DNA of 13,465 nucleotides from a virus: UHGV virus genome UHGV-2124687; one strand, 5' to 3'. Shown piece by piece: positions 6,058 to 11,675 of this stretch (position 1 is its first letter; each line of letters starts with the position of its first letter). The notes under the pieces were generated by a model. It saw only the letters and a program-made list of their open reading frames with translations, ran no database searches and was not told where the DNA came from. The position numbers and the translations under genes were made by a program.

Positions 6058-6720
6058 ATGGATACCATTTTAGACGTACTGAAAGCGATGGAAAAAGCGA
6101 CTGCCCGTGAAATTGCGGCACGTATGAAAATTGAGCCTGCGGCGGTGATCGGGATGCTGCGTGAACACGAAGAACGTAACGAGGTTATTCAGGTTAACGG
6201 GTATTGGAAGGTTTCTACCGGGGAAGTTAAATCACAGCCAAAAGCGATCAGTTCTTTCAGCAAAGCGCCGGTAAGTGTATCAGTCAGCGACGTCATCGCA
6301 TTACTGGCGGAACATGGGCCACAGACATCCCTTGAGCTGGCAACACTGGCAGGTATTGAGTCAAAACGTGTGGCGCCAATGCTGACTCACCACATGACAA
6401 AAGGGCGGATCATCCGCGAAAAAGTAGGCAGCAAGTTTGTTTATTCGGTGCCGGCCACTGCGTCAGTGAAAAACAAAAGCTCTGCACCACGGGAACCGGA
6501 AACATCAACACCACTGGTACCAGAAAAATCTGTCACTGAAATTGTTGAGGAAATCCCCGCTTTCGTCAGCCGTCCTGATGATCTGCTGATCCCAACGGTA
6601 CGCGGTATCTCAAGTGAAATTCGGCGCACAAAAGCGAAGCTGGCTAACCTGGAAAAACTTCGTGAAGCCGTTCGCAGCATTCGCAAACACGGTGCGCTGA
6701 TGCAGGAGCTGGTGCAATGA
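6058..6720 (+). CDS. Tandem winged-helix protein (DUF1627-like)
   Basis: SD GGAG 6 nt upstream. Two MarR-like wH units are present (ILDVLKAMEKATAREIAARMKIEPAAVIGMLREHEERNEV and VIALLAEHGPQTSLELATLAGIESKRVAPMLTHHMTKGRI), followed by a C-terminal coiled coil. It resembles the DUF1627 proteins of EHEC-type lambdoid prophages (from memory). Confidence 0.45.
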   Translation: MDTILDVLKAMEKATAREIAARMKIEPAAVIGMLREHEERNEVIQVNGYWKVSTGEVKSQPKAISSFSKAPVSVSVSDVIALLAEHGPQTSLELATLAGIESKRVAPMLTHHMTKGRIIREKVGSKFVYSVPATASVKNKSSAPREPETSTPLVPEKSVTEIVEEIPAFVSRPDDLLIPTVRGISSEIRRTKAKLANLEKLREAVRSIRKHGALMQELVQ

Positions 6721-6926
6721 AACAGTCTGAGTTACCACGCTGTCCGACCTGCGGAAATATGCCCGAATACGCGCTAAAGCCTAACTATATGGGTTGGGTA
6801 TGGGGTGGATTGAAATGCCCGTATGACCATTATCGTGTGAATTTGAATGGTCCAGCCGCTAGCCGCGCACAGGCAGAGAAAAAGCTGGCGCCACAGTGGA
6901 TTGAACTTGTCGAAAAAATAAACTAG
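6717..6926 (+). CDS. Small zinc-ribbon protein (Lar-like topology, tentative)
   Basis: The ATG overlaps the upstream stop (ATGA). The 69-aa product has CPTCG ... CPYDH, then a ...W... tail. This topology recalls Lar-family restriction-alleviation proteins. The assignment is weak. Confidence 0.4.
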   Translation: MKQSELPRCPTCGNMPEYALKPNYMGWVWGGLKCPYDHYRVNLNGPAASRAQAEKKLAPQWIELVEKIN

Positions 6927-6937
6927 GGAAAAACAGC

Positions 6938-7270
6938 ATGAAACCAACCTACTGGGGACTAGCAGCACAACTCGCTAAGGCTGAGAGCAAGTACAGGGAA
7001 TTGGTAGCGGAGAATGGACATGCGCGTAGACGACATATATTTATCCGTGCTCTGGCGGTTTTGATTCTTGAGCATAGTGGCGGCCGTATAAACTGGCGTG
7101 GTGCGATGGAAGACGCCGGGCACTACCCGGCGCATCAATTGCCATTATTTGCCAGAGATCACTCCCCAGGAATGTTGGCCAACTCCAAAAGCAAATGCCA
7201 AGAAAATAAGTCCAGACCAACGCTCAATCCCTTCCGCCATTATGAGCATCGCTATTCCTATGCCTGCTAA
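6938..7270 (+). CDS. Hypothetical nin-region protein; C-terminal third is probably not native
   Basis: ATG 6938 lies after GGGAAAAACAGC. From about 7114 the ORF reads through a minus-strand terminator hairpin and then antisense to a well-formed membrane-protein gene. The real coding part therefore probably ends, or was replaced, near 7100-7145. Confidence 0.35.
   Translation: MKPTYWGLAAQLAKAESKYRELVAENGHARRRHIFIRALAVLILEHSGGRINWRGAMEDAGHYPAHQLPLFARDHSPGMLANSKSKCQENKSRPTLNPFRHYEHRYSYAC
7114..7132 (-). terminator. Hairpin 12 nt after the stop of the 7145-7339 gene (weak U-tract)
   Basis: CGCCGGG-cacta-CCCGGCG is a perfect 7-bp GC-rich stem. On the minus strand only TCTTCC follows it. Confidence 0.35.
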
Positions 7271-7339
7271 TGGAATACCTAATATGATGAAGAGGAGCAC
7301 CGAACAGATAACTTGGGTTGTCGTGGGTTGATGAGACAT
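7145..7339 (-). CDS. Small two-pass membrane protein (64 aa), orphan
   Basis: The product is MSHQPTTTQVICSVLLFIILGIPLAGIGIAMLIMAEGIERWSGLIFLAFAFGVGQHSWGVISGK, with two clear hydrophobic helices. SD AGGTG lies 5 nt upstream. A consensus TATAAT (minus strand, 7385-7380) sits in an AT-rich upstream region. The gene is oriented against the phage rightward operon. Confidence 0.6.
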   Translation of the reverse strand: MSHQPTTTQVICSVLLFIILGIPLAGIGIAMLIMAEGIERWSGLIFLAFAFGVGQHSWGVISGK

Positions 7340-7541
7340 GTTAACACCTTTAATGAAGGAAACCGTCTGGGCGCAATTTATTATAGTTTTTATATATTTC
7401 CATTAAGTAACTTTGCTTTTGTTATTTACTGTGCCTTCCATGGGCGCGGAAAGCATATTAAAAAAAGCTACTCATATCTTCAATTCACCAATTTTGGTGG
7501 GGCAATAGTTGCGCTGGAGCGTACAACTTACCATACAAGCG

Positions 7542-7560
7542 NNNNNNNNNNNNNNNNNNN
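7542..7560. other. Run of 19 N (unresolved or masked bases)
   Basis: Read directly from the sequence. Anything spanning it cannot be interpreted. Confidence 1.
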
Positions 7561-7569
7561 CGGCAATAC

Positions 7570-7590
7570 AGGCCTCCTTGGAGGCCTTTT
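7570..7590 (+). terminator. Intrinsic terminator just right of the first N-run
   Basis: A-GGCCTC-cttg-GAGGCC-TTTT. What it terminates lies in or before the N-run and is unknown. Confidence 0.5.
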
Positions 7591-7623
7591 CGATGCTTAG
7601 AGTGTATAGGTGGTGCTGGTTAA

Positions 7624-7728
7624 CTGAAGCAATGGTGAGGGATAATCTGCCGTAGTTGTGTCAGCAGAAACAAATGGCAGCTTAATAAAATATTGCTAAT
7701 TAAACCCGGTACGGCAGGTTTTCTTTTT
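7624..7728 (+). repeat. Copy A (decayed) of a ~100-nt terminator-ended non-coding element
   Basis: By my hand alignment, copy A matches copy B (10926-11029) at about 76 of 94 columns (gcaatRgtgaggg..aatct...ttgtg.cagcagaaa.aaa...taataaaa...tgctaatt.aacccg.tacggc.ggtttt). Its terminal hairpin has 2 mismatches in the 5-bp stem. Confidence 0.6.
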
Positions 7729-7752
7729 CACTTCATCAATCTCTGCTACGAT

Positions 7753-7781
7753 TCCCTATCTTTTACTGATGGGGATAGGGA
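7753..7781 (+). promoter_or_regulatory. RBS-sequestering hairpin upstream of the secreted mini-protein gene
   Basis: TCCCTATC (7753-7760) pairs perfectly with GATAGGGA (7774-7781) across a 13-nt loop. The 3' arm is the only purine-rich SD candidate and ends 1 nt before ATG 7783. Confidence 0.45.
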
Positions 7782-7782
7782 T

Positions 7783-7950
7783 ATGAAGAAAGTTCTTGTT
7801 GCTTTATTGTTGTCACTTTTCTCAGTGACAGCAACGGCAGCAAACAAGCCATGCTCAGGTAAGAAAGGCGGAATATCGCATTGCTCGGGTGAAAAGTTTG
7901 TTTGTAATGATGGCTCTATCAGCAAGTCTAAGAAGGTTTGTCAGAAATAG
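7783..7950 (+). CDS. Secreted cysteine-rich mini-protein (55 aa precursor, ~35 aa mature, 4 Cys)
   Basis: The signal peptide is MKKVLVALLLSLFSVTATA|ANKPC, with an AXA cleavage motif. The mature part is ANKPCSGKKGGISHCSGEKFVCNDGSISKSKKVCQK. A terminator (copy C) follows. The upstream part of the track ORF (from 7693) is non-coding leader. Confidence 0.65.
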   Translation: MKKVLVALLLSLFSVTATAANKPCSGKKGGISHCSGEKFVCNDGSISKSKKVCQK

Positions 7951-8010
7951 TTGCCGATAAATGGCACTCACCATCAAAAACAAACCCGCTATGGCTGGTT
8001 TTTTACTCTC
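7951..8010 (+). terminator. Copy C: 3'-half copy of the repeated element, serving as terminator of the mini-protein gene
   Basis: ttgccgataaat...caaaCCCGCtatgGCTGGtttttt-actc aligns with ctgccgcataat...tcaaCCCGCtacgGCGGGttttttt-g-ttttactc of copy B. The stem has 4 of 5 pairs and is followed by T6. Confidence 0.55.
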
Positions 8011-8070
8011 TATTGGATACGCTATTTTTTAGGCATTAAGAGCGATTAGTAGGACGCTTCTGGAGAAGGC

Positions 8071-8268
8071 GTGGATTCAACGAACGACGAAGAAAAGCGC
8101 ATAGAATTTGAAAAATTCATCATTGAAAAGTTTGGTGATGCAGTTGATCTCCGCAGGGCGAAAAATGGCGATAACGGATATTTATCATGGGAGGCGGCAG
8201 TAGCATGGACTGTCTGGCGGGAGCGCTCATCTCATCATGAAACAACGTCTACCTCTGGCGAGAACTGA
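8071..8268 (+). CDS. Hypothetical small protein (65 aa)
   Basis: GTG start with GGAG 5 nt upstream. The product is MDSTNDEEKRIEFEKFIIEKFGDAVDLRRAKNGDNGYLSWEAAVAWTVWRER.... The EFEKF...W.AA..W pattern recalls small phage accessory (Ea-type) proteins. I make no firm family call. Confidence 0.4.
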   Translation: MDSTNDEEKRIEFEKFIIEKFGDAVDLRRAKNGDNGYLSWEAAVAWTVWRERSSHHETTSTSGEN

Positions 8269-8447
8269 TTTAGTATGGTGCTGCCCGGAGCTTCCTGTTA
8301 ATCACTATGTACTCCCGTTTAGCCACGTCATTTTAGATTTGGTTTTGGTCCGCTATGAGCGAGGAGCAGAAGTTCGTAATTCCTTTAGACAATCCTCCAG
8401 GGAGGTTATGATAAAATATACAGCCATAAAGCCTATAGGGAGTGGAC

Positions 8448-8822
8448 ATGACATTGTTTGAGGAATGTAAGGAACTGCTCAAGACAGATTTTAATGTTGT
8501 GGAAGGGGATGATTTGAGCGCGATAATGGATATTTTTCATCAATATCCATGGCATAGCGGTAATCTCAGATGGTCGGAAATGGACTTCAGCGATTATGAA
8601 CTTAGTCATGATATGTTTAACGGGGGCGGTTTAGGCAATGAAACTGTATTTGTCATAGCGGATGATGCGAATGTACCCGTGTTCAGAACCCATCTACAAC
8701 TCATTGTCGATAATATCTACGATGTCATCGCCATATCACCTAACCTATTTATTTTTAATGATAAAATAATGATTAAACCTTTATTCCCTCATAATTATAT
8801 ACGGTTTGGTCTGCGAAAGTGA
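8448..8822 (+). CDS. Hypothetical acidic cytoplasmic protein (124 aa), very AT-rich gene
   Basis: ATG 8448 with GGGAG 5 nt upstream; the track start at GTG 8442 is less likely. The product is MTLFEECKELLKTDFNVVEGDDLSAIMDIFHQYPW...VFVIADDANVPVFRTHLQLIVDNIYDVIAISPNLFIFNDKIMI. It has no TM segment or signal peptide. It looks like an immunity protein, but I do not recognise the family. Confidence 0.55.
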   Translation: MTLFEECKELLKTDFNVVEGDDLSAIMDIFHQYPWHSGNLRWSEMDFSDYELSHDMFNGGGLGNETVFVIADDANVPVFRTHLQLIVDNIYDVIAISPNLFIFNDKIMIKPLFPHNYIRFGLRK

Positions 8823-9091
8823 TGAGCAGAAATACTGACCAGCTCCCCGTTGTTCAACTAAGACTTGTTATTGACAACTTCCGCTAATGGCACGGAGCGG
8901 ACAGGCCAAGCGACTTGTCAGGTCGGCTATGAGCGAAAAGCTGACATTAATTAAACCACAGGAAAGCTACCTGTCCAGAGAGAATGGTCAGGGGAGCAAA
9001 CGGTGAGCTCCATTAAGTTGTCGCTGCTTTTCTCGGGCTGTCAGCGCAAGCCGGAGATGGGCAGAAAAAAAGTCGTGTCTGGATCGCTAAA

Positions 9092-9587
9092 TCAAAGTGT
9101 CATCATCATTTCATGCCATGCCATTCCACCGTGGTCCGATTCTGACGGTTTGATGTACTGGTAACCAAAATGGGCGTACAGATCGACGTGGCGGTCTTTG
9201 CACATCAGGTGAATGGTTTTTTTGTTCATTGCTATCATGCGCGTCACAAATTCACGCATCAGTAATGATGAATATCCTTTGCCCTGGTAATCAGGGTGCA
9301 CCACGACAGACATAATCACTGCATTGGGTGCATCCGGATCGTGACCTACCAGTTCTTTGAACTCTTCGTCGGACATCACGACTTCCCACGCACAGCCCGC
9401 ATTAATGAAACCAATAACGTCACCGTTCAACTCCATGCATANNNNNNNNNNNNNNNNNNNNNNNNNNNNNNNNNNNNNNNNNNNNNNNNNNNNNNNNNNN
9501 NNNNNNNNNNNNNNNNNNTGTGATTTCAATATCATAGCAACGATCAACATCGGCATCAGTGGCCTGACGGAATACAGGGGTAGACAT
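9092..9587 (-). CDS. GNAT-family N-acetyltransferase (AANAT-like), interrupted by an N-run
   Basis: The C-terminal part contains the acetyl-CoA motif (VIMSVVVHPDYQGKGYSSLLMREFV) and ends HGGMAWHEMMMTL. The best N-terminus is ATG 9587 (MSTPVFRQATDADVDRCYDIEIT) with GAGG 7 nt upstream, not the track start at 9556. The two halves are out of frame by 1 across the 77-N run, so the run is not length-exact. Confidence 0.75.
9442..9518. other. Run of 77 N inside the GNAT gene
   Basis: Read directly from the sequence. 79 nt separate the last readable N-terminal codon from the first C-terminal codon. That is not a multiple of 3. Confidence 1.
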
Positions 9588-9723
9588 AGCCTTGCCTCTT
9601 CAGATTCATTTGTTTGGAATTATACTATCTTTTTTTTATCCTGCTTTCGCTGCATTTTATTCAACACTAAAATGTAGAATATTCATTTATTGTGTTTTAA
9701 ATAATATCTGAGAAAGAAGAATC

Positions 9724-10695
9724 ATGATGTCAACGTTGCGCAAGATCGATCTGAATTTATTGCTTATATTCGATTCTCTTTATCGGCATGGAAGCGTGAC
9801 GGAGGCCGCCAACGAACTGGCACTAAGCCCATCCGCACTAAGTCATGCGCTCAATCGCTTACGTACATCACTGGACGATCCCTTATTCGTGCGCACTGGT
9901 GGAAGCATGGTGCCCACGTCAAAAGCTGAAAGCATTGCAGCAAGTATTTCTGCCGCTCTAGGAAGTCTCTCGTCCTGCCTGCATGAGCCAGAACACTTTG
10001 AGCCGGAAAAAAGCCGGGAGAGTTTTACCTTTGCTGCTACGGACTACACTGCCGCCGCTATCCTGCCAAGCTTGATCGCGAGGGTTAACAGCCTTGCGCC
10101 GGGCATTACCATTAAGCTTATCTACTCACGCGATTTTAACGCCGACGAAGATTTGCTTTCAGGCAAAGTTGATTTCGCCCTTGGCTTTGAAGAAGAGCAG
10201 AAAGCCCCACGGCGCGGCATAGAGTCGATTACTTGCTTTACTGATGATTACGTGGTTGCAGTGCGACGCGGTCATCCTAATATCCAGGATTCCCTTACCC
10301 AAGAGCGTTATCTGAGCGCCGGACACGTAGTGGTGCGTCCATGGTTGGAAAGACGGGGGGGGATCGACCGTTATCTGGAAAGTCAGCAGGTACGTCGCCG
10401 GGTCGTTGTTGAATTGCCAAGCCTGATGATTGCCCCAATTATCGTTTCGAATACTGATCTGGTTATCACGCTTCCCAAGCGGGGGATCTCATCAGTTTTT
10501 GATATGAAAAATCTGGTGGTGTTTGCTCCCCCGTTCCCGACACCACAGTACATTTTGAAAGCCTATTACAGCCCGGCACTCGGTAACTCGCCAGGGCATA
10601 TATGGATGAGGGGGCAAATTTTGCAGGTTTGTGATCCGCTAAATCCGGCGATGCCAGTAATTGCTGTCGATACAAATTCTGGTACAGAAAGGTAA
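9724..10695 (+). CDS. LysR-family transcriptional regulator
   Basis: 323 aa. The N-terminal HTH is IDLNLLLIFDSLYRHGSVTEAANELALSPSALSHALNRLR, followed by a typical LysR substrate-binding region. It is divergent from the GNAT gene across a 136-bp AT-rich spacer. That spacer contains the dyads ATTC-N9-GAAT (9604-9620) and GAATATTC (9677-9684). Confidence 0.9.
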   Translation: MMSTLRKIDLNLLLIFDSLYRHGSVTEAANELALSPSALSHALNRLRTSLDDPLFVRTGGSMVPTSKAESIAASISAALGSLSSCLHEPEHFEPEKSRESFTFAATDYTAAAILPSLIARVNSLAPGITIKLIYSRDFNADEDLLSGKVDFALGFEEEQKAPRRGIESITCFTDDYVVAVRRGHPNIQDSLTQERYLSAGHVVVRPWLERRGGIDRYLESQQVRRRVVVELPSLMIAPIIVSNTDLVITLPKRGISSVFDMKNLVVFAPPFPTPQYILKAYYSPALGNSPGHIWMRGQILQVCDPLNPAMPVIAVDTNSGTER

Positions 10696-10925
10696 TCCGA
10701 TCATCTTTACTGCTCTCTAACTAGCTATCAGTTTAATGAATTCCTAGTAATTTAAAGCAGGGAGCGTTCATTATGTGACTCATGTCGAAGCTTAGTGTCA
10801 GGGAGAGAGGTAGTAAGACTTCGAAATTGTTGGACGTCTGCTTCTGGCACTATCCAGCCCTTTGCTGATTGAAAAAGACGAATGAAAGTTGGATACGCTT
10901 TACCTCATGGTCACACAGTTGCTCA

Positions 10926-11029
10926 CTGATGATGCAATAGTGAGGGCGAATCTCTCGGATTGTGCCAGCAGAAAGAAACTGCCGCATAATAAAACACTGC
11001 TAATTCAACCCGCTACGGCGGGTTTTTTT
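10926..11029 (+). ncRNA. Copy B (intact) of the repeated element: candidate small RNA or 3'-UTR module ending in a strong terminator
   Basis: This is the ~100-nt conserved block shared with copy A. It ends in CCCGC-tacg-GCGGG plus T7 (11009-11029). An internal AGCAG...CTGCT pairing is possible. No ORF is present. It lies 68 nt upstream of the LexA box. I identified no promoter, so it may be a 3' end rather than an independent gene. Confidence 0.35.
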
Positions 11030-11096
11030 GTTTTACTCCTGACAGGAAATTAACAATTTGTGCTCTTAAAACGTTGATCATTTCCGTGCATGAGTA

Positions 11097-11116
11097 TACT
11101 GTATAAAAAAACAGTA
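11097..11116. promoter_or_regulatory. LexA (SOS) box
   Basis: TACTGTATAAAAAAACAGTA fits the consensus TACTG-(TA)5-CAGTA with perfect CTG-N10-CAG arms. It overlaps a candidate -10 TATACT (11095-11100). A TTGATC lies at 11074-11079. The box ends 18 nt before the dinI-like start. Confidence 0.85.
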
Positions 11117-11134
11117 TATGCAATGGAGGCCATT

Positions 11135-11371
11135 ATGAAAGTTGAATTAACCATTGATCGCATGAAAGAACTTCCTAAAGGCGCGGTTCCAGCACTGGAG
11201 AAAGAATTACTTAACCGCCTGAATGATCACTATGACAATTGCAGGCTTACAATCCGGCGCGCAGGGTCGAATGGGTTAAGTGTTTTTGGCGGTGACAAGG
11301 ACGATAAAAAGAAAATTGAATCAATCCTCCAGGATACCTGGGAAAGTGCAGACGAGTGGTTTGTTAATTAA
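11135..11371 (+). CDS. dinI: DinI-family DNA-damage-inducible protein
   Basis: ATG 11135 with GGAGG 5 nt upstream. The product is MKVELTIDRMKELPKGAVPALEKELLNRL...GLSVFGGDKDDKKKIESILQDTWESADEWFVN. E. coli DinI as I recall it reads MRIEVTIAKTSPLPAGAIDALAGELSRRI...NLSVIGATKEDKQRISEILQETWESADDWFVSE. Confidence 0.9.
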   Translation: MKVELTIDRMKELPKGAVPALEKELLNRLNDHYDNCRLTIRRAGSNGLSVFGGDKDDKKKIESILQDTWESADEWFVN

Positions 11372-11383
11372 CACCCCTTAGCT

Positions 11384-11406
11384 GGTAGCTCCTGCTGCCA
11401 TTTTTT
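11384..11406 (+). terminator. Short hairpin plus T6 between dinI and the next ORF (attenuator or leaky terminator)
   Basis: GGTAGC-tcct-GCTGCC forms a 6-bp stem with one G-U pair, followed by A and TTTTTT. Confidence 0.45.
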
Positions 11407-11492
11407 AAATCGAGTTTCCGCATCGCCTCGCGCAATTATTGCCAGGTAATTCAGGTCGATTCAGGTGTGGGAATCTTTGCAAGGGGCATCTC

Positions 11493-11675
11493 ATGCAAAT
11501 TCCGGATGATTTAATCCCAGGGTTGCCGGAGCACACTGGCCCGGTTCTGATTTATTTCGTGAAGGGGAGCGTGGTGAGGGGATTCGCTTTACGTAAAGAT
11601 GAATTTGTTACGTCTTTGCGGGCATTGGAAGAGGCCAGAAAGAAAGCTGGTCTTCCTGTTTATGATGCAGGATAA
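11493..11675 (+). CDS. Small protein (60 aa) downstream of dinI; candidate LexA-controlled antirepressor
   Basis: ATG 11493 with AAGGGG 6 nt upstream. The product is MQIPDDLIPGLPEHTGPVLIYFVKGSVVRGFALRKDEFVTSLRALEEARKKAGLPVYDAG. Function is inferred only from its position in a LexA-box/dinI operon, together with the non-cleavable repressor. Confidence 0.45.
   Translation: MQIPDDLIPGLPEHTGPVLIYFVKGSVVRGFALRKDEFVTSLRALEEARKKAGLPVYDAG

Noticed and set aside
7313-7600. Track ORF of 95 aa running through the first N-run
   Set aside because: It crosses unresolved bases and a terminator hairpin. It lies in an AT-rich promoter-like region and has no SD.
8835-9010. ERIC-like enterobacterial intergenic repeat
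   Set aside because: There is only a vague resemblance (GGTCAGGGGAGC vs TGACTGGGGTGAGC). The arms are not colinear inverted repeats, as they would be in ERIC.
9092-9587. GNAT as a TacT/AtaT-type toxin of a toxin-antitoxin pair
   Set aside because: There is no small RHH or DUF1778-type antitoxin gene upstream or overlapping. The neighbour is a divergent LysR regulator. The sequence looks like an AANAT-type metabolic acetyltransferase.
9296-9677. Plus-strand ORFs 9296-9523 and 9357-9677
   Set aside because: They are antisense to the GNAT gene and are kept open largely by the N-run.
10790-10925. Mini-ORFs upstream of repeat copy B (28-aa MSKLSVRERG... and 15-aa MKVGYALPHGHTVAH)
   Set aside because: They have no convincing SD, no hydrophobic toxin-like character and no supporting context.
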